This document shows, in pieces, positions 40,639-54,672 of a stretch of 64,000 nucleotides of DNA. This stretch comes from an uncultured delta proteobacterium (GTDB lineage Bacteria; Desulfobacterota; Desulfomonilia; Desulfomonilales; Desulfomonilaceae): NCBI GenBank assembly GCA_963789265.1, contig CAWBKB010000005.1, positions 192,001 to 256,000 of the forward strand, read 5' to 3'. Under the pieces are notes generated by a model that was not told the origin of the DNA, ran no database searches, and was given only the letters and a program-made list of their open reading frames with translations. The position numbers and the translations under genes are program-made. Positions within the stretch are counted from its first letter, which is position 1. Every line of letters starts with the position of its first letter.

Positions 40639-41748
40639 CTACGTCGCCGCATCCTTCAGCAAAGCCAATTCCGACTCCAGGATTCTATCCAGAGAATAAT
40701 ACTTCATCACATAATGTCGGGCATTGTGCCCCATTCGAGCACGTAAGGCGGGTCGGGCAATAAGTTCCTCGATCGCTTGACGAATGGCTGCGGGTTCGGC
40801 AGCGCTCAAGTAACCCGTTTCACCGTGGTGGATCAATTCTCTAATTCCCGGGGAGTCGGCACCGATCACAGGCAATGCGCAGGCCATGGCCTCAATCAGA
40901 GCTTTGGGATGCCCTTCATAAAACGACGGGAGTACGAATAATGCGGCACCGTTCAGGTACCCTGGAAGGGCCGAATTCGGCACGTTGCCCTCCCAGATGA
41001 CCCTGCCGTCGAGTGAGGCAAAACGCCGTTGCAGATCGGGGCGGATCTTGCCCTCACCTATTATTCTCAGTCTGACTTTAAGAGACTCAATGGCTTCCAG
41101 CAGAGCCGGCAGGTTCTTTTCGGGAGCGATTCGTCCGACGAATATCAGTTCTCTTTCATCTCGAAGGTCGGAGCGTGGCTGAAAAACGCTCGTATCTACA
41201 TAGTTAGGGATAACGGCTATTTTCGAGGCCGCGTCGGGGATCCTTTTAACTACGTCAGACTGCATTGCAGGCGTAGTCACCACCACTCGATTTGCCGCTC
41301 TGAAGACCTGTTTCTCGACCTCACGTGCATGGATGGCGGCTTCGGAGTGGAACCCGTGCTCCCTTGCGGCATTCTGCGACCACAAGTATCCGCAACGTGC
41401 TATCAAAGGCTTTTGGAAGGCCCGACATGCTCGGAGCGCCAAATCCGCACCATAGATTTGATTGGTCTTTATGATGTGGCAACGGCTGAGAGTGTCTCCA
41501 TGAAGCGAGCACAATGAATTCTCGTAAGCTGCCGAGGGTAGATCAGTTTCGTTGCACAGGATGCTGATGCCTTCCATTCTGTCTGAATAGGCCAGATCCG
41601 CGGGGCCGCCGTACGTCACAAAGCTGACTTGGAAGTCTCGCTTCAGTAATCTTTTGTATATGGCTATCTCCCTCTCGAGCATCCCCATCATGCTCCAGGT
41701 CCGCAATGAGACGCCGCGGGTAAAGAAGAGAACCAGGTGAGTGTTCAT
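40639..41748 (-). CDS. GT4 glycosyltransferase
   Basis: Motifs VIPNYVD, FVGRIAPEKN and PSFYEGHPKALIEAMAC. Confidence 0.9.
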   Translation of the reverse strand: MNTHLVLFFTRGVSLRTWSMMGMLEREIAIYKRLLKRDFQVSFVTYGGPADLAYSDRMEGISILCNETDLPSAAYENSLCSLHGDTLSRCHIIKTNQIYGADLALRACRAFQKPLIARCGYLWSQNAAREHGFHSEAAIHAREVEKQVFRAANRVVVTTPAMQSDVVKRIPDAASKIAVIPNYVDTSVFQPRSDLRDERELIFVGRIAPEKNLPALLEAIESLKVRLRIIGEGKIRPDLQRRFASLDGRVIWEGNVPNSALPGYLNGAALFVLPSFYEGHPKALIEAMACALPVIGADSPGIRELIHHGETGYLSAAEPAAIRQAIEELIARPALRARMGHNARHYVMKYYSLDRILESELALLKDAAT

Positions 41749-43767
41749 TGAACCAATTCGCGGGCAAGCGCCAGGTATTTTTCGGCCACTTCTTCCATTT
41801 TGGAAACGGATATAAGCCGCTGGAAAGTTTCGTAATAATCGACTAGCCTTTCCAACTGAGACAAAATCTCTTCTTTGTCTTCAAATGACAAACCACCGTA
41901 CCCCACCAGCTCAGGATGCCCTCCATCGTTAACGTAGAGTGCCGGCAGTCCACAGGCCAAGGCCTCGATCAAGGCATTGGAGCACGGGTCGTTCCGGCTG
42001 GCCGTAATGTAAATGTCATGGCTGCGCAATGTCGCGGCCAACTCTTCGGAAGAAACCGGAGGTATATGCCGAATGCGCCGGAAGCTCTCCGAAACATTTC
42101 CCACAAAAGTGTAGTCAAAGCGATCCCAGTCGAGACGCTCCTCGAGCCATCTATACGTGGGGCCCCCTTTACGGGGATTGTCAGACCAACTGGTTGAGAT
42201 GAGACGTATTTTTCGGTTTCGTTCAAACGGTACGCGGCCCCGTGCATGAAAGATATCGGAGTCTACGGCATTATGAATGATCACCGGACTTACCGGGTTG
42301 TATCCCATTTCCACGATCCTTTGATACGTCCAGGCAGATTGCAAAACTGTGGCCGATGCGAATCGTTCGTTTAACCGGAAGCAGAGCTCGTCCTTTTCCC
42401 GGTCATAACCGCGGATGAGATGAATCGGTCCGTCAATGCGATGAATCACTTTCAGCCCGTGATGAAGGCTGAATTCCATGAACCGGTCCACGTCGAAATG
42501 AATCGAGTTGAGAAACGTACGCGTCTATCCTGTCGTGAAGCTCATTTTCTCTAACGTCAGGGCCAAGTTTGGTGAGAGCTTTGCGCAGCGCTAACATGAA
42601 CTGGTTTCCACCGCCGTACGGGGGCTTGAAGAAAGTATGCCACAAACCTATAGTCAGCTTGCCGTTTTGGATGTGATAGCGCTCACCCTCGGAACAAAGG
42701 AAGGCATTGCTTCCAGGGGTCCTTGTTTCAGGCCCTGTCTCTTTGGCCGGATGGAATTTCGGGACCTCTCCAAGCCCTTCGTAAAGCTTCCGAAATAGGG
42801 GCACAACCGATTCCGGGCAGTGATTCGAGTGGACGCGTTCACGATGAGCTTTCACCGTGGGAGCGAGAGAGTTTCCGATCATGTCTGTCTCAATGATTTG
42901 GACTGCTTGGTCGACATGCCCAAAAATGCAGGAGGGATCGAGAATGTCCGGCGCGGCGCCGACTGGGGGGCTTATTACTTTGCAGCCGCACGCTGCTGCT
43001 TCAAGGACCGAGTGAGGTCCACCCTCTGAACGGCTTGCAACAATGAATAAATCGAGCAGATTATACAGCAAATTCAGCGTTGGTCGCGGTAGCGCGTTGA
43101 TCTTGATATCGTCGGCCTCGGTCAAGCCTCCCACATAGGTAAAGGGAATGTCATGTTCCCGAAACCTTCTAAGAAGCCAATGCCTGCGCGGCCCCGCGAG
43201 CAGTACGTGGAACTTTAGACCTCGCCTCTTTAGACCTGCCAAAATTTCTAGAAATACATCGGGTCCTTTCATCAACTTTGGGGTTCGTAAATCCGAGCCC
43301 TCTGTGTCCCGCTGGAAACTCCCGATCATGTAAGCATCCGCGGGCACTTGCCACTCGCTTCTAATCACCCGCACAGCTTCGTCGTCGGATGCAAGCGGCC
43401 TGAACATATTCAGATCGACGAGGTACGGTATCAGGTCGCTCTTAACCCCTATTCCTTCGAGTTGCCGAGCCGCCTGTTTCGAACGGGTCACCCATCTGCC
43501 GACCATGGGCATGGCTGTACGATGTCCCGGCATAGTCAGGTACCGGAACGGCTCGCCGGGAACGTGGCAAATGATACGCTTGCCTATAAACTCGTCCTGG
43601 GCCCGCATGGTCAGCCCTTGCCACCATACTGTATGGACTACGTCGCTCTCCTGGAAATCGACCAGTTCAACCATATTTTCAATGGATTGTTTGATAAGCC
43701 TGAGATCCTCATCCAAGGCCCAGCCGCTTTCATCGCCGCCGGTCAGGAAAACTCTGGGTCTATTCAT
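41745..43767 (-). CDS. Tandem two-module GT4-like glycosyltransferase; +1 frameshift near 42514
   Basis: Module 1: SRSEGGPHSVLEAAACG. Module 2: PPYGGGNQF...SRNDPCSNALIEALACGLP. Removing one T gives DAYVLNSIHFDVDRF and joins the two ORFs. Confidence 0.8.
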
Positions 43768-44435
43768 TCGTCTCGCTGATCCCGAATTCCATCGTCGTCT
43801 CTGCTTTGCTTTTGCCCTATTGCCATGAGGCTGTCGCACCAATCCACCCGGAACTCCTTGCAGACTGTCTTGACGACCCAGCGCTTGAAAGGGTTGGCAG
43901 TCAGAGGAAACTTGTTGAACCGGCTCATGCTTGTAACTACAAAGCCTGCGCAGCGCAGGAGGCTGTACAAGTCATTCATAGGCCAAGGGGTCACGTGGGT
44001 ACAATCCCACTGCCGCACAGGATGAGCAGCATTAGGGACAGTCGCGATGAACCAGCCGTTGTCCGACAAATGTCGAAGAATCTCTTGCACAATTCCGAAC
44101 GCGTCCTCCACAGGCAAATGTTCCAGCACTTGATCGGCCACCACAACGTCGAAGCACGCTTCTGACGGCACGTCGTCAAAAGATCTAAAGTCGAAAATCC
44201 CCTGTGGGTCAGTGTCCATGGAAAAGTAAGTTCCTGATGAGCGTTCGATGGTTGCTTGCAATGGCTTGTGTGCCCCGGCCCCCACGTCCAGTACTCGGCT
44301 CCCGGAATTCAAGAGCAAGACCAGTTCATCTACCGGGAATCGAATAGGCAGTTTTAGGACTGAGCCGAAGCGCTTGTGGCACTCGCTTCGCCATTGCATG
44401 AGACGGTTCCAGGAGCCGTGGAATGTTGTATTCAT
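43764..44435 (-). CDS. Class I SAM-dependent methyltransferase
   Basis: Motifs VLDVGAG, FDVVVADQVLEHL and ATVPN. Confidence 0.85.
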   Translation of the reverse strand: MNTTFHGSWNRLMQWRSECHKRFGSVLKLPIRFPVDELVLLLNSGSRVLDVGAGAHKPLQATIERSSGTYFSMDTDPQGIFDFRSFDDVPSEACFDVVVADQVLEHLPVEDAFGIVQEILRHLSDNGWFIATVPNAAHPVRQWDCTHVTPWPMNDLYSLLRCAGFVVTSMSRFNKFPLTANPFKRWVVKTVCKEFRVDWCDSLMAIGQKQSRDDDGIRDQRDE

Positions 44436-45709
44436 CGCTTATCCTGAACCGTTAAAGGTTGGCCGATCACGTCTCGATCGCCGGACTGCGTCTTGGATTC
44501 GAACGGAAAAAGCTCCCAATGGCAAGGTCCTGCCACGATGCCCCTGGCCCGGCGAGAGCCCATAACAGCAAAGCTCGCTACACCGGAAAGTCGTTCGGAG
44601 GCATCCGAGGCTGATGCGTCTCGTGCTGAAAAACGTACCTCGTAGGCTCCATTCATCAAATGGTTTTCCGGATACCATGCCCGTAGAATGCATGCACTGT
44701 ACGTTCCCGTTGCAGCGAGGTCTTCTCGTTCCAGCACGTCCCACTTGCATAAAATTCCTGCGGCATTCAGAATCCCTAGTGAAAACATAAGCCGCTTAAA
44801 TGGACGACTGATTCTTAATTTCACTTCGATTCCGAACGGGGCGCCCGCATGAATTTCGTTTAGAGTTCGGTCGTCCTCTCCGTATATGCGGCAGCTCCCG
44901 ATTTTTATATCTTCCGTGGCCGCCGGGTTCCGTGCCTGTTGTTCAAGCCGCTTCTGTTCGGACCGAAACACGAGTCTCTCGTACCCGGTGATCACCTCCA
45001 CTGAGGAGCCTGTAGCCAGGAGTTGTCCTTGTTCCAGCAGGATGCCGCGTCGGGCCACAAATTGCAGTGTTTCCAGGCTATGACTTACAAGTAGCACAGT
45101 AGCGCCGTTCTCCCGCATTTCTTTGATACGTGCAAGGCTTTTGTTTTGAAATTGGAGGTCCCCCACGGCGAACGTTTCGTCAATCAGAACCACATCGCTC
45201 TTTATGTTCACGGCAACTCCGAACCCGAGACGTCCGAGCATGCCGGTTGAATACATTCTGACCGGCTTGTCGAACCAGCTACCCAGTTCGGTGAAGTCCT
45301 CGATGCCGGCCAATCTGGATTCGATTTCTTTCCGCGACAACCCCATGACTGCGCCCAACAGACGCACGTTTTCGCGGCCGGTCAATTCCATGTGCAATCC
45401 CACGTTCAGCTCTATCATTGGGAAGATTCTACCGAGGATCTCAACTCTGCCCCTGGTGGGGGCCGTCACACCGGCTAACACCTTGAGAAGAGTGCTTTTG
45501 CCTGCGCCGTTGCGGCCCACTATTCCGATAGTCTCGCCTCTCCGAATCTCGAGGTTGACATCTCTAAGCGCCCAGGGCTCGTTATGCCCGTTGACGGATT
45601 CGAAATGCCCGTGTCTGACCAGGTTCCATCCCTTTCGGAGAGCGGCCGGCACTGGTAGCCCGTAACGTTTCCAGAGGCCGTCAATTTTTATGACTATCTC
45701 CCCGGACAT
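44432..45709 (-). CDS. wzt: Polysaccharide ABC exporter ATPase with C-terminal carbohydrate-binding domain (Wzt)
   Basis: Motifs WALRDVNL, GRNGAGKST, YSTGMLGRL and IDETFAVGD..FQ, plus a C-terminal extension. Confidence 0.9.
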   Translation of the reverse strand: MSGEIVIKIDGLWKRYGLPVPAALRKGWNLVRHGHFESVNGHNEPWALRDVNLEIRRGETIGIVGRNGAGKSTLLKVLAGVTAPTRGRVEILGRIFPMIELNVGLHMELTGRENVRLLGAVMGLSRKEIESRLAGIEDFTELGSWFDKPVRMYSTGMLGRLGFGVAVNIKSDVVLIDETFAVGDLQFQNKSLARIKEMRENGATVLLVSHSLETLQFVARRGILLEQGQLLATGSSVEVITGYERLVFRSEQKRLEQQARNPAATEDIKIGSCRIYGEDDRTLNEIHAGAPFGIEVKLRISRPFKRLMFSLGILNAAGILCKWDVLEREDLAATGTYSACILRAWYPENHLMNGAYEVRFSARDASASDASERLSGVASFAVMGSRRARGIVAGPCHWELFPFESKTQSGDRDVIGQPLTVQDKR

Positions 45710-45716
45710 GGGCACC

Positions 45717-46520
45717 TCACAAAACATCCGCAAAATATCCGGAAAGCCTGCGAAAAAGCGGCCAGGAAATGGCGAGAAGAACTACTGTGACTACAGTCGA
45801 GATTGCTAAGGCTTGGACGGGTGGGGCCTCGGCTTTAAGCAAGACATTGCGAAAGCCCTCGATCACGCCGACCATAGGATTAAGCATGTAGAGGGAGCGC
45901 CATTTTTCCGGGACGGTGCTGAGAGGGTAGATTACCGGAGTCACAAACAGCCATGCCTGTGTGAGAAACGGGGTCGCAAAAATAAAATCCTTTCTGAATG
46001 TACCCAAACCGGCAAGGAGTATTCCCACCCCGAATGAAACTGCAACCATCAGAACTGTTAAGATCGGCAGCCACAATAGTGCCCAACCCACCTGAACCCT
46101 GAACCAAATCATCATTCCTGCCATCACTATTCCCGACATGCAGAAATCAAAGAGCGTGGCGGTAACGGCTGCCAGAGGGAAGACTTCTCTGGGAAGAGCG
46201 ATCTTCTTTATGACTTCGCCGTTGGTGATTATGCTCGGGCCGCAAGCGGTCACGGAATTGGTGAAGAAGGTCCACGGGACCAGGGCGGAGTAGCTGAAGA
46301 GCACATACGGAATGCCGTCGCTTGGGATGTTGACGAAGCCACGCAACATGTTGAATAGCAACATCAATATCATCGGCTGAAGGAATGCCCACCACATTCC
46401 CAGGGCGGAACGCCTGTACCGGCTGGTTACATCCCTAACGACCAGCGCCTGCAAAAGGGTTGCGAAACGGGAGATCCTTTGCCCTTTGGGAGCCGCATTG
46501 ATATAAACTCCAACACTCAT
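45717..46520 (-). CDS. wzm: Polysaccharide ABC exporter permease (Wzm)
   Basis: Motifs RYRRSALGMWWAFLQP, TPVIYP and LNPMVGVIEGFR. Confidence 0.9.
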   Translation of the reverse strand: MSVGVYINAAPKGQRISRFATLLQALVVRDVTSRYRRSALGMWWAFLQPMILMLLFNMLRGFVNIPSDGIPYVLFSYSALVPWTFFTNSVTACGPSIITNGEVIKKIALPREVFPLAAVTATLFDFCMSGIVMAGMMIWFRVQVGWALLWLPILTVLMVAVSFGVGILLAGLGTFRKDFIFATPFLTQAWLFVTPVIYPLSTVPEKWRSLYMLNPMVGVIEGFRNVLLKAEAPPVQALAISTVVTVVLLAISWPLFRRLSGYFADVL

Positions 46521-46927
46521 GAACCCAACCGTGCCTAATTCCTAATTTTAACAGCGAATGTCGGCCATCGAAGCACCCGGACGCGACAGGAGGCATCCCT
46601 CACACGCGGCTCCCATGGATCGCAACCCGATCCGAACCCTGGTAATCTTCTGACCGCCTCTCCAGAGTGCAAACTCTCAAACAATGCTCGCATCCTCGGC
46701 AGCCTGATAAACGAACCCAGCTCTCGCTGCAATGCTGGTGGATTCTCGGGAATAGTCTTGTGTTTGTCAAGGGTCGGACTGCCATGCTCCAGCGAGGTCA
46801 GTCCACACCGGCCACAGCAGTTTAGACAAAAGACTATTGCTATGAGGCAGCATCGTGGTAATCTTCACCCCGTAATTTGTAGACTAGCTTAAGGCAAATT
46901 TTGAGACGGTGTTGAAAGGAATTTTTC

Positions 46928-48445
46928 ATGGCCGCCCAACGATCTGCGTTGCTGATTTCTCTAATTGACACTACGGACAATCTTGGGCTTAAATACGTAC
47001 ATTCAGCCCTCATCAAGCAGGGATTCAGATCTCTGATCCTATTTCACACCGCTGAAGATACCTCCTATTTCAATGCCGTCGCGGATTTCGTAAAGGAAAG
47101 CAAAGTCGATGCGGTCGGCATCAGCCTCATGAGCCGTTTCTTCTACACCGCGGTCGGGTTGACTGATGCCATCAGGAACAGGTGTGGCGACAGCGTTTCC
47201 GTTGCATGGGGAGGAATCCACCCGACTATCGATCCCAAGGGGTGCGAAGGTCACGCGGATTATGTTTGCGTTGGGGAAGGTGAGGAATTGTTCGGGGAAT
47301 TTCTCAGAGGCTTAGACGCCAAAAGCTTATCCGAACGAACCTCAGCGACAGGCGCAAGTACTATCAGCCAGTCTTCAGCGAGCCCTGTGGTCGAAGATTT
47401 GGATGCCTTGCCTTTCCCGGAATTCTTGCCCGCGGATGCATGGGTAACTGACAGGGGGCGAATAGCCAAACTGACTCACGCGCTTGTGAGGAAGCACAAC
47501 CGGCACAACACGGCGTACCTGTCGGTGATGACCTCTCGAGGCTGCCCTTTTAGCTGCAGTTACTGCTGTAATAACCTGCTTCACGCCATATATGGCAAGA
47601 AGATACGAAAGAGGAGCCCAGAGAGTGTAATCCAAGAGATTGAAATGAATTTAAGTCGCTCCGACATAAGTTTTCGCTACCTCAATGTCTACGACGACTG
47701 CTTTACAGCGCATTCTCCCGAGTGGTTGGAAACTTTCGTTAATAGTTACAAGCATATAGGTATCCCACTAATTTTTAGAGCTATTCCTCAATTCATCACG
47801 AGGGAGAAAATCGCGATTTTGAAAGATGCCCCTTGCGGATTCGCACTGATTGGTCTTCAGAGCGGCAGCGAGCGGACGCTGCGAGACGTGTACCAGAGGA
47901 AGCATTCTCAAAAGTCTTTTGTGCAATGCTCGCAGCTACTTGATGAGCACAGCATTCCGACTGTCTACGATGTCATCGTGGACAATCCTTATGAGACGAC
48001 AGCCGACATCAAAGAAACGGCCAAAGTGATCGCAGGGTTGCCCAGCACAGCTTATGTGTCTCTAGCTTCCCTCACTTTTTACAAGTACACGGCCATGTAC
48101 GACAAAGCGAAAGCAGACGGCTTTTCTGTTGACAACCATCTGATCAAAAACCAGGACTCCTGGAACAAATCCAGCAAGGAGGTTCAGGCAATAAAATTCG
48201 CAGTTTTCCTGGGCGAAGAAAAAGCCATGAAGGTGCTCAACGGAGCAACCTCATTCGAGAGAATTCAGTTTAAGCTTCTCAGTGTGCTTGTTGCGAAGTT
48301 CTTGGAACCTCTGCGATATTTGAAACTCATGTACTTGTCGTACGGCAGAAATAAAATCGCGTTTATGGGCCTCTTGTTAGTTCATGCAAGAGATTTCGGG
48401 AAAAGGTACTTCTCGCTCGCTCAGACGAATAGGCATGTGCACTGA
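46928..48445 (+). CDS. B12-binding radical SAM protein
   Basis: Motifs WGGIHPT, VCVGEGE, TSRGCPFSCSYCCN, DDCF and GLQSGS. Confidence 0.9.
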   Translation: MAAQRSALLISLIDTTDNLGLKYVHSALIKQGFRSLILFHTAEDTSYFNAVADFVKESKVDAVGISLMSRFFYTAVGLTDAIRNRCGDSVSVAWGGIHPTIDPKGCEGHADYVCVGEGEELFGEFLRGLDAKSLSERTSATGASTISQSSASPVVEDLDALPFPEFLPADAWVTDRGRIAKLTHALVRKHNRHNTAYLSVMTSRGCPFSCSYCCNNLLHAIYGKKIRKRSPESVIQEIEMNLSRSDISFRYLNVYDDCFTAHSPEWLETFVNSYKHIGIPLIFRAIPQFITREKIAILKDAPCGFALIGLQSGSERTLRDVYQRKHSQKSFVQCSQLLDEHSIPTVYDVIVDNPYETTADIKETAKVIAGLPSTAYVSLASLTFYKYTAMYDKAKADGFSVDNHLIKNQDSWNKSSKEVQAIKFAVFLGEEKAMKVLNGATSFERIQFKLLSVLVAKFLEPLRYLKLMYLSYGRNKIAFMGLLLVHARDFGKRYFSLAQTNRHVH

Positions 48446-48552
48446 CCCGGCACGGTGTTCGGGCCGGCAACGCCAGGGGCTTGGAATCTTCGGGAAAGCA
48501 GTGAAATTGACTGAAGCATCAAGGGCAACAAGCGGTCATTAGCCTGAATCCT

Positions 48553-48966
48553 ATGACGAGGGTGAGCATTGTGTCGCCTAAGTTACCGGAAAAAAATGTC
48601 GGCCGACTGGATCGGATCATTGCCGAGGCTCGGCGGAATCGAGATCGGCGGGAGGCTGACTATCGAGGTCGCGCCCTCAAGATTTTCTCCCACATCTGTG
48701 CGCGGTGCGGCCGTGAATTCGTGGGGAAGAGACTAAGCGAACTGACAGTTCATCACAAAGATCACAACCACGAGAACAATCCCCCTGACGGCAGCAACTG
48801 GGAACTGCTCTGTCTCCAATGCCATGACAAAGAGCACGCGCGGTATCTGGAGGATGATCCGGCAGAAGAGTGGGATGAGAAGGAGACGCCTGGAAGCGAG
48901 AAAGAGCCATCTTCGGCTTACAGGCCGTTCGCAAGCCTGGGAGACCTACTGAATAACAAGAAATGA
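48553..48966 (+). CDS. yajD: YajD-family HNH nuclease
   Basis: YRGRALKI..HICARCGREF..LSELTVHHKDHNHENNPPDGSNWELLCLQCHDKEH. Confidence 0.88.
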   Translation: MTRVSIVSPKLPEKNVGRLDRIIAEARRNRDRREADYRGRALKIFSHICARCGREFVGKRLSELTVHHKDHNHENNPPDGSNWELLCLQCHDKEHARYLEDDPAEEWDEKETPGSEKEPSSAYRPFASLGDLLNNKK

Positions 48967-49065
48967 TCCGATTTCACAATGCGGACACGTCCGTAGCAGA
49001 TTAACTCACCCGCAACACCATTCCCTGACGCGCTCAAACACAGTTGCGTGGTCAGCGCGTCGCTT

Positions 49066-49548
49066 TCAGCCCCCCAACTTCTTGCAGAGTTCAGAGACCC
49101 TGGCTCCAAGTTTGCGAGCAGTGTCGGCGGCTTTATCGTCGGGCGCGGCGACAGACGCGGCACCGTAGTGTCCGGTTGCCGATAAGGGATCACCGACCAC
49201 AATCATTCCGAAAATGAGAAAGCATTGAAGGATAGAGATGAGCGTTGTTTCATTGCCGCCCGCCCAGAAACCGGAACTGACAAAGGCCGCTCCGACTTTA
49301 TTCTCCATTTGTTTTCGCACGCCGACGAATTCGTCAAAGACTCGTTTCAAATCTGCGGCCATAACCCCGAAGTAAACCGGCGACCCTGCTATTATTCCAG
49401 CCGCGTTAATAAAGTCTTCTTTTGAAACTTCCTGGGTAGTTTTCAAAACAGCATCCACTCCCGACACGGATTGAACGCCTTCGGCCACGTATTGGGCCAG
49501 CTTCCGCGTATTACCGGTTTTGGAATAAAAGAGAACTAGCACGTGCAT
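49066..49548 (-). CDS. Flavodoxin-like NAD(P)H-dependent oxidoreductase (WrbA-like)
   Basis: Motifs YSKTGNTRKLA, GSPVYFG, KVGAAF and GGNETT. Confidence 0.88.
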   Translation of the reverse strand: MHVLVLFYSKTGNTRKLAQYVAEGVQSVSGVDAVLKTTQEVSKEDFINAAGIIAGSPVYFGVMAADLKRVFDEFVGVRKQMENKVGAAFVSSGFWAGGNETTLISILQCFLIFGMIVVGDPLSATGHYGAASVAAPDDKAADTARKLGARVSELCKKLGG

Positions 49549-49671
49549 GCTCCATCACCTCCGGCAAGTTTTGAGGCACCATTAACCAAGAGGAATCTCT
49601 TGGCAACCCTGACATACAACTATTCTCAAAGTATAAGAAGGTAGCGTAAGTAGACGCGCCGTGCCTCATAC

Positions 49672-49962
49672 TTAAGCCTTTGGCCTGTTAGTGCCCACCG
49701 CACATGCCTCGCCGCATGAAGTGCCCCACTCGGAATCCCAGTGGAAGCTGCTCATACAATTGTAATAGCACTGCGCCGCCGCTGCGGCCGGTGGGCCCGA
49801 ACCCGACAGAGAGTAAGCGCTGCCGGCTTTGAGTGCCTTCAGCGACTGACCTACGCTCATTTTCGTATCCCTAATAGCGGCCAAGAGAATTGCTGCAAAA
49901 AGGCCGCCGATGGCTAACGCCATTCCGAGAATTGACCATTGGAATATTATATCGGCGTTCAT
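49672..49962 (-). CDS. Small membrane-anchored protein with Cx3C...Cx3C motif
   Basis: N-terminal TM helix followed by CYYNC and CGEAC. Confidence 0.5.
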   Translation of the reverse strand: MNADIIFQWSILGMALAIGGLFAAILLAAIRDTKMSVGQSLKALKAGSAYSLSGSGPPAAAAAQCYYNCMSSFHWDSEWGTSCGEACAVGTNRPKA

Positions 49963-50479
49963 TTGTCACCCCGTTAGTCGACTTGTTACATTGGGAGCCA
50001 ATTAAACTCCTTTGGTTGAGTAGATGCGCAGAAGGTTAAAAAAGATTCAGCGATGGGAGTCGTCAAACATTGATGATTCATAAAGCCCCTTGATAGGAAT
50101 TGCCAAATTTGTGGCCGATTTGTCCAGGGTTTCGCGGGGTAACCCCTGGCTGCGAACCAGGAGCCGATCTGTCACCCGTTTGGATGGACCGCGTGTCCGA
50201 AATCATGGTGGCAAACCTGTCAGGTTGACCACCCAGGGGGCTATTCTCAATTGCCGTCGCTCAGTTAAAGAACGGTCCGCGGACAGTCGCAGAACTTGAC
50301 GGGAGGCGGCCTGTTTCATTAGGATCGCAGAATCGAAAGAGCACCGCGAATTCCCGCCCGGCAAAAAATAGCCGGGACTTGCGCCCCATTGGAAAAGGGG
50401 TAATTTAAATTGGCGTTGCAGGAACCGGCCGCACAACTATTTCCTACCCTGATGAAGATTCGGGCATAGCGAGACTGCC

Positions 50480-50875
50480 ATGGTTCATAAACAAAGAAAA
50501 AGATTGGTTTTGTTGACCTGGCTACTGCTGACCATCCCTTTGTCCGCACTTGGACAGGCCCCGTATAGCGGCCAACCTCCTCAGCCCCAGCCTGCGGTCC
50601 CTCAAGGCCAGGTCCCGGGTGTTCAGCAACAACCCTCGGAATATGCTTTCCGACCCGATCTCACTAATCCTGAGTTTGGTCAGTGTCTAAATCTGGAGAA
50701 GACTTGGCGGGCCTTGTGGCAGAGATATGCCCAAGGGTATCAGCAGGCTTCTATGATGAATCCCAGTGACCCACGATACGGTCAGATGACCTATTACCTT
50801 CAGAACCTGAGGCAGCAACTGGATGCCGCGTGGCAGAATTTCAGAAAATGCATTTACTTTCCCCGCCATCGATGA
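50480..50875 (+). CDS. Secreted Q/P-rich hypothetical protein
   Basis: Signal peptide (LSALG|Q) and a two-Cys helical hairpin region. Confidence 0.65.
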   Translation: MVHKQRKRLVLLTWLLLTIPLSALGQAPYSGQPPQPQPAVPQGQVPGVQQQPSEYAFRPDLTNPEFGQCLNLEKTWRALWQRYAQGYQQASMMNPSDPRYGQMTYYLQNLRQQLDAAWQNFRKCIYFPRHR

Positions 50876-50909
50876 TCGGGACTTCAGGCACGCCCGGGCA
50901 AAGGAGACT

Positions 50910-52015
50910 ATGTCAAAACAGGAAACCGCTACTAGATCAAGCATCACAGGCCCGATCAACCAAATTGAAACGGGCGGTGGAATCAATGGGATAGTTTCCG
51001 CCCGTCTTATTCGTTCCGTACTGCTCTTTGCTGTGGCCGGCATAATTCTCTATGCGGCTGCCACATTGGCGACGGACTACAAAGCTATTGTCACATCGCT
51101 CCGGCAGTTTCCTATCCGGACATTGCTTCTCGTTCTTGTGTTGGTGGTCTTCGGATGGCTGCTGCGGGGTTGGCGATTCTATTATTATCTCCGGCGGATC
51201 GGCAAAAGTGTCCCTTTGACGTACTCGCTTAAGGCTTTTCTTGCCGGATTCGCCTTGACGGGGACCCCGGCCAAGGTCGGCGAAGCGGTAAAGGGTGTTT
51301 TTCTCAAGGAGGATTACGGCATCTCGGTCACTCGAGTTGTTGGTATCGTAATGGTGGAGCGCCTCATGGATTTGTGGGGAGTGCTACTTCTCGGTTCATT
51401 CTCTTTGCTGCTGTTCAGCCATTGGCGATCCCTCTTCCTCCTGTGCACGGGAATCGTTATAGCAGGTGGCATCTTTATCTGTATGGAACGCGTGTATCGG
51501 CCGATTTTGGAATGGATAGGCAAGTTCTCGCTTCTGTCTTGGTTTTCGGCCAAAATCCTTAAAATCCTGCTAACCGGCCGCGATCTGATGACCCCGAGGA
51601 TTTTTCTGGTGGGACTAGTAGTTTCAACAGTTGCATGGGGCATGGAATCCTTGTCAATGTACTTGATACTCGCAGGCTTGCACCTTCCCTCTTCCCTTTT
51701 AGAAGCAAATTTTGTCTATTGTTTTTCGACTATCGTGGGCGCTCTGTCCATGCTACCCGGTGGAATCGGCGGCACTGAGGCCGGCATGATGGGGTTGCTC
51801 GGTTTTATGGGCATCTCCTACACCAAGGGTCTGCCCGCTGTTATTCTTATTCGACTGTGTACGCTTTGGTTGGCCGTTTTGGTGGGCATCGGGTTTATTA
51901 TCTTCATGTTGACTCGCTCCCGAAATAAGTTGAGGCATCCAGCGGGACACGGCCATCCCTTGCCCGAACCGGGGCTATGTAGTTCCGGACAATCCTTTGA
52001 TAAGGAGTTAAGTGC

Positions 52016-52019
<4 letters not shown>
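50910..52019 (+). CDS. Lysylphosphatidylglycerol-synthase-TM / flippase-like membrane protein
   Basis: Motifs LRGWRF, TPAKVGEAVK, ERLMD, LPGGIGGTEA and IRLCTLW; AAGGAG RBS. Confidence 0.85.
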
Positions 52020-54656
<2,637 letters not shown>

Positions 54657-54672
54657 TGAGGAGTTTCAATAA

